Source: an uncultured virus (IMG/VR IMGVR_UViG_3300031281_000001) (Duplodnaviria; Heunggongvirae; Uroviricota; Caudoviricetes). From it: DNA of 64,000 bases. Below, piece by piece: positions 56,923-64,000 of the stretch (its first letter is position 1; the number at the start of each line of letters is the position of its first letter). A program made the translations under genes and the position numbers. Under the pieces are notes generated by a model. That model did no database searches, was not told the origin of the DNA, and saw nothing but the letters and a program-made list of their open reading frames with translations. The stretch lies in the IMG/VR virus record IMGVR_UViG_3300031281_000001, one strand, 5' to 3'.

Positions 56923-57653
56923 GTACTATCCCATTTTTTACTCCCTGCAAAATGTCTAAAAATTACATCCTCCACTTTACCAGATGTGGTGGGTATTTTA
57001 TAAAATTGATTAGTATCATGCCACGAAGTAACATTCCATTCTACTGGTAATATATCTACATTCTTTTCTAAATCCTCAATAGAATAAACAGGTTGATTTT
57101 TACCAGTAGAACACCAACCTTTATGGTCAAAATTCATCCAACTTTTCTGTTTCGGATCGGCAAAAACATCATCTATGCCAGCCAATGAATACCACGAAGC
57201 TTGCTCATGAAACACTTTCCAAAATGGGTTGTTTTTAAACTTATCATATCTACTTTCACTAAGTAAATAATTTAACATTTCTTTTGACCAATTACTGACT
57301 CGTATAGAAACGGCCCCCATACAATGTGTATTACATGAATCAATCGCATAAGCAAAACTTTTTCCTCCGTGTGGTTCGAATGATTGTGCACCATTTACAA
57401 TACAAATATCAGCGTCAATCATAGAAATTATATCACCTTCTTTTATTTTTCCACCTAATATCCAATCTCGAATTAAAAAAAATCTATCCCATACAATTCC
57501 TCTATGAAATGTGACTTGATTTTTAATATCCAAAATTTCAATATATTCAAAATCATGATATTCACAATACATTTTATTGCGGGGTGAATGATAGTTTAAA
57601 AAATGATCTTGTCTATCATCCTTGTAATCTGCTATGCAAAGCAAATACTTCAT
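56895..57653 (-). CDS. Glycosyltransferase, GT34-like
   Basis: YC..H...Y, W.R, IDAD, HEQ, WN and RHFAG. Confidence 0.65.
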   Translation of the reverse strand: MKYLLCIADYKDDRQDHFLNYHSPRNKMYCEYHDFEYIEILDIKNQVTFHRGIVWDRFFLIRDWILGGKIKEGDIISMIDADICIVNGAQSFEPHGGKSFAYAIDSCNTHCMGAVSIRVSNWSKEMLNYLLSESRYDKFKNNPFWKVFHEQASWYSLAGIDDVFADPKQKSWMNFDHKGWCSTGKNQPVYSIEDLEKNVDILPVEWNVTSWHDTNQFYKIPTTSGKVEDVIFRHFAGSKKWDSTWSLVKMMQ

Positions 57654-58522
57654 GTATTCAATATTTTATTTTTCCAATATTCAAAAGTCAATTTACTGTA
57701 ATCCCAATTTTCTTTCCAAATTCTAGTATATTCAGATAGTAAAAATTCATAAGTTACTTGACTCCAATCATCAACAAAACAAATAGGCAAATCAGTATAA
57801 AATCTATTGTTTAAATTCCTCTTTTCAATAGGTATCGTTTTCACATAAAGGCATTCCCAAGTTCTATGCGTATCCATGCCATTCCCCTGGGGGCTAAACA
57901 CAAATCGATGTCTTTGCAAATTATCAAGGTAACGATCAAAATCCCTACCATTCACCCCATTTTCACACGTTACCCATGTTTTATCACGAAACATGCTATA
58001 TAATTTAAGTCGTTCCATGTTCGTGTCGCGATTCACATTCAAATAAACCAAATTACGAAGTGGTGGTTTAGTGGATATTAAAGAACTTTGAAGTATTTTT
58101 TCTTTCTTGCGCACATCTGGAAACCACATGCTATTTTCCAAACCAATAGGAATTGATTCAATTTTAGGATGTATACAATTCACATTTTTGGTGTACCATT
58201 TAATTAAATTATCTGGCAATACATAAGGTGTCACGGATTCAACTTCCCCCCTCCCATTTGGACGAATAATGCTCTTGTCTTCAATTCTACAATCACAACT
58301 ATGTGTAATCAAAATAAATTGTCCTTTTAAATGTGCTATTAAATTAAGCAATTTAGGGGCATATGAAATATGTGTATATACAATATTTCTATCTTTTAAA
58401 TTTGACAATTCCATTGTATTTTGCAAATTATCATAATCATCCCTCATTTTCTGTTTAGGGGAATACGTAAAATCAGCAATTGTTTTGAATTTTTCACCAG
58501 TTATAAAATCAATCATAATCAA
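57650..58522 (-). CDS. Exostosin-like (GT47-like) glycosyltransferase
   Basis: IPIGL and FVFSPQGNGMDTHRTWECLY...IPI. Confidence 0.75.
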   Translation of the reverse strand: MIMIDFITGEKFKTIADFTYSPKQKMRDDYDNLQNTMELSNLKDRNIVYTHISYAPKLLNLIAHLKGQFILITHSCDCRIEDKSIIRPNGRGEVESVTPYVLPDNLIKWYTKNVNCIHPKIESIPIGLENSMWFPDVRKKEKILQSSLISTKPPLRNLVYLNVNRDTNMERLKLYSMFRDKTWVTCENGVNGRDFDRYLDNLQRHRFVFSPQGNGMDTHRTWECLYVKTIPIEKRNLNNRFYTDLPICFVDDWSQVTYEFLLSEYTRIWKENWDYSKLTFEYWKNKILNT

Positions 58523-59250
58523 AACGAATTAATAAAGTTTCTTAATATTTTTGTTGCCTGTTTGCATTTGTCATTATTTTGTTTATACCAACTTCCACTA
58601 TGTAACCTATGCGTATAGTATAACCCTGGAACTATTTTAATCATATTTCCATATAATAACCATAAACAAGAAAAATACATAGCATCATTATAACTAAGTA
58701 GGTTGTCTTTATCATACGATTCGTATACTTGTAAATACATAGCTCTGTTTACCAAATAATTACCAGTATTTAAACAAGCTTCAAAACTTCCAACGTCTAA
58801 ATAATTCTTTGCGTTGGTGTGATCAATATCTAAATGACAAAATTCGCTATAATCCCATTGCACCTTTCCATCCAAACTCATTAGTTTTTCAGGGCAATAC
58901 AACACATTCTTATCAAAAAAATGAAGTTGGCCAAAACATTTCACATAGTTTTCATCAATTATATTATCAGAATCGAGAAGAATCACATATTCATTATTGC
59001 ATTTCTTTACAACTTCATACTTATTACGAAGAGGCCCTAAATTGGATGAATTTCTGTAAATTTTTATTTTTCGCACATCCAAACCAGTATCATATATGAT
59101 ACTTTCAAATAGTTTCGAATAATTTTCTATTGTAGAACAATCATCCAAAATAACAATCTCATCAATACATTCATTCGATAACACCTTAGCGAATGATTCC
59201 ATTGTTAAATCAGGCCGATTAAAAGTAGGTATAGCTAATGAGAATTTCAT
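58519..59250 (-). CDS. Glycosyltransferase, GT2
   Basis: IPTFNR, ILDDCST, NLG...N and LLDSDN. Confidence 0.88.
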   Translation of the reverse strand: MKFSLAIPTFNRPDLTMESFAKVLSNECIDEIVILDDCSTIENYSKLFESIIYDTGLDVRKIKIYRNSSNLGPLRNKYEVVKKCNNEYVILLDSDNIIDENYVKCFGQLHFFDKNVLYCPEKLMSLDGKVQWDYSEFCHLDIDHTNAKNYLDVGSFEACLNTGNYLVNRAMYLQVYESYDKDNLLSYNDAMYFSCLWLLYGNMIKIVPGLYYTHRLHSGSWYKQNNDKCKQATKILRNFINSF

Positions 59251-59873
59251 ACTAATTTTCGTTTAATGTAAAAAGAATCCCCCCATTTGTTTTTAGTCAT
59301 TTTAGTAGCCATACGAACAAAATCATACAATTTTAAATATTCGTCAATTTCAGTTACTAAACAGCACCCCTTATATAATTCATCTTCGTTTACTTCAGTA
59401 TAAATGTAATCAATTTTATCAAGGTATTTCCCCATACTTTTAATTACACTCAATTCTACACCTTGAACATCTATATTGAGAAAATTAAAATCTTCAATTT
59501 GTCTTTCACCCGAATCAAAAAGTTCATCTAAACGTACCATTTTTATTTTTTGTTCACCTACATAATAAACATTAGGATGGTACAGTTTATGTAAATGAAG
59601 CGTGAGAATTGAAGAACTTTGTCCGTCATTATTGGAAATATTCAAAGTTGCACTTTTTAAAATATCATGCACACCTGCATTATAGGCATAATGCCCACAA
59701 AAAACAGAAATATTCTTTACTAATCTATCAAACAATTCGTTATTAGGTTCAAAATAAATAACCTTTTCAAATCCCTTTCGAACATACCAAAATCTTTCCT
59801 GTCCTTCATGTGCCCCTACATGAATAGCCCCCCTACATTCCTTTAAATATTTTTCAAAATTAGTAAATAGCAT
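59247..59873 (-). CDS. FkbM-family methyltransferase
   Basis: IHVGAH.G, FEP, SSSIL and LNIDVQGVEL.V. Confidence 0.9.
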   Translation of the reverse strand: MLFTNFEKYLKECRGAIHVGAHEGQERFWYVRKGFEKVIYFEPNNELFDRLVKNISVFCGHYAYNAGVHDILKSATLNISNNDGQSSSILTLHLHKLYHPNVYYVGEQKIKMVRLDELFDSGERQIEDFNFLNIDVQGVELSVIKSMGKYLDKIDYIYTEVNEDELYKGCCLVTEIDEYLKLYDFVRMATKMTKNKWGDSFYIKRKLV

Positions 59874-59876
59874 ACA

Positions 59877-60674
59877 TTAGATTTTTATCCATTCTTTTGG
59901 GTAATGTACTGAATCATCATAAGTACTCCATTTCTTTTTTGAAATAATCCAATGAGAAGGGGCTACTACCTTTTTACTTTCATTATTATTTAAATAAGCT
60001 GCCCACCAACTAAAAGTACTGTGAGAAATTATATTATGAGTGCATAACTTCATTAATTCTAAATCCAAATAATCTTCCAAACTAACAAAAGTTATTTTTC
60101 TATCAAAATTTTCCTGATTAAAATGTTCCTTGCACCATTCTATTTCGTCACTAAATATAAAGATACTTCCTTTATCAATTAGTTTTAAGGCATTATAATA
60201 ATACTGCAAAGGCAATGGTGTCAAGGCATCTAATTTGTGTGGTTGAGCGTAATCACCTCTTCTAATATGCACTGAAACTGATTCTTCGGAAGTAATCATT
60301 TCTACATATTGTAAGAAATCATCAGTATACCATTTTCTCTCAACACAAAATTTATTTCTTAAAATAGGTAAAATCTTATTGTAAAATTTTATATATTGCC
60401 AATAACCATCAAAATAACAGCCATCCAAAACGATAACTCTCCTATTAGCATCATTCTTCCTATCGTATATTTTTAAAAGTCTAGTTCTGTTTTTAATTTT
60501 TACATTAATATCATACTTATCTAATCGATATGGTCTAGGCCACTCTAAATTTTTATTCCTCTCATACCACGTATCATCATAATAAACTTTAAGGCCATAC
60601 TCTTCTTTAGCCATACCAAAAGCATATTGAAATAGCTGATTACCTAATCCCCCCTGTAATTTTATTACATTCAT
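59877..60674 (-). CDS. Alpha-1,2-fucosyltransferase (GT11)
   Basis: LQGGLGNQLFQYA, GYWQ, VHIRRGDY, FSD and STFSWWAAYL. Confidence 0.92.
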   Translation of the reverse strand: MNVIKLQGGLGNQLFQYAFGMAKEEYGLKVYYDDTWYERNKNLEWPRPYRLDKYDINVKIKNRTRLLKIYDRKNDANRRVIVLDGCYFDGYWQYIKFYNKILPILRNKFCVERKWYTDDFLQYVEMITSEESVSVHIRRGDYAQPHKLDALTPLPLQYYYNALKLIDKGSIFIFSDEIEWCKEHFNQENFDRKITFVSLEDYLDLELMKLCTHNIISHSTFSWWAAYLNNNESKKVVAPSHWIISKKKWSTYDDSVHYPKEWIKI

Positions 60675-61435
60675 ATCATTACATTTTCCATATGTTCTAC
60701 TTTATTTACAACATATGAAGGATTTTCCTGTAAGAACTCTTTTAATGTCAATTTTCTAAAAGATACAATTTCACTATCAGGGCAAATATTTAATATCTCT
60801 ACATTTTTCTTTTTAGCATCTTCCAAAATACTTGGGAATCCCGTTAGATGCCTATCAAATGGAAAAGTAGGCCGTCTACGAGGATGCCTATCAGCAGGAT
60901 TTCTTCCCATCCTATGATACAAATTATGCCAATGTTGTTTTCCTTCTTTATCAATTTTCATATCAAACCCTATTAACATTATTCTCTTTGCACCAAAATG
61001 AACAGCTAAATTAATAGCAGCCGAACCACTATTCGAGTTCCACGACAATCGTTTAGGATCATTACTTATACCCTTACTATGAGAAGAATCTCTATTTAAA
61101 TATTTAATCCAACTATACTTTTCACATAATGGATGACAAGAAACCTTTATTCCTGGAAAAGCCGCCAGCCCTAATTTTTCTCTAAGAAAAAATCCATTAT
61201 CCCCAAAAAATACGACATCTATCCAATCCCCTATTTTATAAGCCATATTTACCGCTATTACATGTTTATCATGTAATATACTCATATATGGCGAGTAGAC
61301 ATTAGGAGTAGTTTTTTCAGAAATGACATCTTGTACTACCCTATTAGGAATACCAAATTGTTCAGTTAATGAAGGCCCACCTCCTAATATCCATACATCA
61401 CCACCTTCCCACATTCTAGGAACATTCCACATCAC
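60671..61435 (-). CDS. MptE/Maf-like (DUF115-type) transferase
   Basis: ILGGGPSL, VIAVN, NSGSAAINLA.HFGAKRI.LIGFDM and HWH. Confidence 0.7.
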   Translation of the reverse strand: MMWNVPRMWEGGDVWILGGGPSLTEQFGIPNRVVQDVISEKTTPNVYSPYMSILHDKHVIAVNMAYKIGDWIDVVFFGDNGFFLREKLGLAAFPGIKVSCHPLCEKYSWIKYLNRDSSHSKGISNDPKRLSWNSNSGSAAINLAVHFGAKRIMLIGFDMKIDKEGKQHWHNLYHRMGRNPADRHPRRRPTFPFDRHLTGFPSILEDAKKKNVEILNICPDSEIVSFRKLTLKEFLQENPSYVVNKVEHMENVMI

Positions 61436-61800
61436 CGAGATAAATCTGAAATTAATTTGTTAGCTGTTACTTCATCTAAAGGTTTCTGATTTATTATTTT
61501 TCCAGTAGATGTTAAAACATTGAAAAATCCTTCTTCATCTTCGGCTGGTTGTAATTTGTAAGAAGCTTTATTCACGTTTGAAACTGGTATTTCTTCCATT
61601 ATTTCCTGTTGTGGAATTATCACATCACGGAAGGCTTTGGAAACTTCGTGTGGAAATGCTTTAAACCTTTCCCCTGGTTTTATTATTCTATTTTTTCCTA
61701 TACGGAAAGTTTTTCCATTATTCTTAAACCAAATCTTTTCATCTGTAGCCTTATTTTTTTCTAAAGAAACTACACCATTTTGTTTATCACTTCGAATCAT
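61432..61800 (-). CDS. Hypothetical protein downstream of the capsid gene
   Basis: ORF in the late operon. Confidence 0.6.
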   Translation of the reverse strand: MIRSDKQNGVVSLEKNKATDEKIWFKNNGKTFRIGKNRIIKPGERFKAFPHEVSKAFRDVIIPQQEIMEEIPVSNVNKASYKLQPAEDEEGFFNVLTSTGKIINQKPLDEVTANKLISDLSR

Positions 61801-61845
61801 ATCTTTCTATTTAAATTAATACTTGATTAGTATTATTCTATAAAA

Positions 61846-62955
61846 TTAAGCTAAGTGAACAATGCCACTTCTCTTATTATAATCCGAACGGATTTGAGGA
61901 ACCTGGATGGTCATGACTTTGTAGTTAGTGACCATATTCCCCTCAGATTTCCATTCTACATTCTGAAGGCCCATTCCGCGAACAAGACGAACAACATCAG
62001 AAGTCATTTGAACTAAAAGAACATTGCCATCTGTCAATGTATCAATAACTTTAATTCCTTTAATTCCATTAATCTTCATAATGCGTTCACGAATTGTTGT
62101 TCCAGGTGTAGTGGAATCATAATCATCATCCAAAACAGTTTCATACGTTGTTGGAATATATAACATCCACGGGCCATAATGATAATCTGCAATACTTGCT
62201 TGTTTCATTTCAAGAACATCCTGAATAATTCCTGCCCCCGTCATTGCAGAAGAGTTCCATGCAATACTCAAATTAATAAGATTCCTGTCAGGATGATTTA
62301 CATAACTATAAATAGTATTCCTGCCATTACTTCCTTTCTCACCCCATGAATACGTTGTATTTGTAAACAACATTGCTTCCAATTTTTCAGCTACTTTACG
62401 AGCAGCTATTTGAGCATCAATCGTATCAAGTGGATTACCCAAATTGCGGGATGCTGCTAATTCACGAGCATTTATCTCATAATCGATGTGAATTATAGGA
62501 ATTGGTAAATAATGGTAGTTGAAATCAGGGCGGTCATTCTTTGCTCTGGTAATACCATCCATCGTAAGTTCAGCTTCAAAAGCATCACTTACATCATGAT
62601 ATTCAAGAATTGTAGTCCCCATTGCATTACCTAAATTATAGGTAAGCCCATTGTCAACTAAATCCTGAATACCGATTAATCGAGTACGGGATACATCCAA
62701 TAGTGCATCATCTAATGATTTCCATTCATCACGACGAAGTGTGGCATTTGTCAAAGGAACTTGGTACGTATGATAACTTGTTGCTTTTTTAGGATTTCCA
62801 CCAGTATAAACCGTTACATATGCATTACCATTATCATCTATAAATGGCCTTCTGGATCCTATATTAAGTTGTCCATTTGCCATTAAATATTTGGCAATGT
62901 CCCCTTGTCCACCACTTTTTAAAAGCACATCAACATTTGCATTTATTCTTTTCAT
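61846..62955 (-). CDS. Major capsid protein (HK97 fold, encapsulin/linocin-like)
   Basis: TLRRDEW..LD..., PIPIIH.DY.I..REL.ASR..G.PLD and PQIRSD....SGIVH; start moved to ATG 62955 after AAAGGAGG. Confidence 0.85.
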   Translation of the reverse strand: MKRINANVDVLLKSGGQGDIAKYLMANGQLNIGSRRPFIDDNGNAYVTVYTGGNPKKATSYHTYQVPLTNATLRRDEWKSLDDALLDVSRTRLIGIQDLVDNGLTYNLGNAMGTTILEYHDVSDAFEAELTMDGITRAKNDRPDFNYHYLPIPIIHIDYEINARELAASRNLGNPLDTIDAQIAARKVAEKLEAMLFTNTTYSWGEKGSNGRNTIYSYVNHPDRNLINLSIAWNSSAMTGAGIIQDVLEMKQASIADYHYGPWMLYIPTTYETVLDDDYDSTTPGTTIRERIMKINGIKGIKVIDTLTDGNVLLVQMTSDVVRLVRGMGLQNVEWKSEGNMVTNYKVMTIQVPQIRSDYNKRSGIVHLA

Positions 62956-62973
62956 TGTCTTTCCTCCTTTCAA

Positions 62974-63495
62974 TTACATTATACGAATTAAAGTATGCTG
63001 AGTAGTTGTGGCTCCAAACTCACTGGAATCTGTAGTTGACAATGAAGTCAAATCCTTTGCTTCAACAGCCTGTCCTACTACATGCTGATCATATAATGTA
63101 TGAGCACCACCACCTGGGTACGCATCATCTGATTCCCAAGATTCATTTGTGCGAACTTCCTTACGAACAAATCCTGCCCCATTAGATTCTACAAAATCCC
63201 CAATGGAAACGCTGTCTTCATCAGCAAGTAACAAATAGGCCATATCACCACGTTGTGGAATCCATACACGAACCTTATCCCCACTTGCATACGCTTCATC
63301 AATGGCCTTACCTTGTAAGGCATCTTCAATCGCAACCATTACTAAAGCAGTTTTTCCAGCTCCAGAATGTTTCTGCACTTTACCGGCACTAGTCAATTCT
63401 ACAAGTTGTCCTGGGAGAATTGTTCCATATGCTTCGTATTCTTCAAATACATGAAGATAATCTTTAATTATAATCGTATTATGTTTAATAGACAT
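62974..63495 (-). CDS. Head decoration / cement protein
   Basis: Between scaffold and capsid genes; EEYEA.G.I.PG.LVE...G..IDEAYASGD.V. Confidence 0.7.
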   Translation of the reverse strand: MSIKHNTIIIKDYLHVFEEYEAYGTILPGQLVELTSAGKVQKHSGAGKTALVMVAIEDALQGKAIDEAYASGDKVRVWIPQRGDMAYLLLADEDSVSIGDFVESNGAGFVRKEVRTNESWESDDAYPGGGAHTLYDQHVVGQAVEAKDLTSLSTTDSSEFGATTTQHTLIRIM

Positions 63496-63512
63496 CGTAT
63501 TTTCCTCCTTTC

Positions 63513-64000
63513 TTATTTCTTAGTTTCTTCTTCAAGTTCAATTCCGGCAGGTAACATATGATTTACAATGTTTGCATTAACCCCTACTTTCCTCATTCCT
63601 AAAGCTGAATAATTAATAATTTCACTGTTTTCATCATTTTCTGTTACTACAGAATTATAAAGCTTTTCAAGAAAAGCATCATTACATGCTTTCAAATCAT
63701 CGTCCGACCAAGTTCCCTGTTCAGTATTGGACTGAATGCTTCTAATCCAATTATCCCTGCGAGCTTGTTTTTGAGCACGTCCAAATTCTAATGCTTCTTT
63801 ATCTTCTACAGATAACGCATTTAGAATCATTTCACGAGTAATTTTAACCTCAGAGTTAGTGGCTGGTTTATTTTCTACTGGAACAGCATCCAACCATGCT
63901 TCATCCTTTTCCAGTAAATACTCACGATCAGCGGCAGTAAAAGGATTTGCATTACTCTGAATTATTGCAACCACTTTTTCCATACACTTCCCGCACTCTT
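63513..64000 (-). CDS. Scaffold-like C-terminal region of a prohead protein (probably partial)
   Basis: The frame stays open upstream of ATG 63983 to the window edge; lies upstream of the decoration and capsid genes. Confidence 0.55.
   Translation of the reverse strand, partial: ECGKCMEKVVAIIQSNANPFTAADREYLLEKDEAWLDAVPVENKPATNSEVKITREMILNALSVEDKEALEFGRAQKQARRDNWIRSIQSNTEQGTWSDDDLKACNDAFLEKLYNSVVTENDENSEIINYSALGMRKVGVNANIVNHMLPAGIELEEETKK

Noticed and set aside
61846..62955. Encapsulin or bacteriocin rather than capsid
   Set aside because: It sits in the scaffold-decoration-capsid-neck-tail order with a terminase present.
1..64000. tRNA or rRNA genes, and alternative genetic code
   Set aside because: None recognised by eye (tRNAscan not run). 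Long conserved genes are intact in the standard code and use all three stop codons.

Overview
This window is part of an AT-rich, tailed dsDNA phage genome (siphovirus-like). The host is probably Bacteroidota-like, judged from TTG-N20-TAnnTTT promoters and A-rich gene leaders. The minus strand at 1-3087 carries a delta-60 repeat gene, a cold-shock protein and the two terminase subunits. A non-coding divergence region follows at about 3100-4560. The plus strand at 4589-41847 starts with small early genes, each preceded by a related hairpin element, and includes a perfect parS palindrome. It then encodes a nearly complete replisome and recombination set: SNF2 helicase, primase, initiator, DnaB, two DNA methyltransferases, beta clamp, split UDG-exonuclease/PolA, clamp loader, UvsY-like, SSB, RecA, RuvC-like and split SbcC plus SbcD. 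The minus strand at 41905-64000 holds tail, neck and capsid genes, with a 12-gene glycan synthesis and decoration cluster between the capsid and neck genes. The most striking feature is an integron-like cassette array at 19332-22948. It has eight attC-like AAC...GTT hairpins and genes bounded by their own inverted termini, and it ends next to a truncated tyrosine-recombinase gene in an orientation inverted relative to classical integrons. All calls come from motif recognition by eye; no database searches were run, so novelty is unverified.
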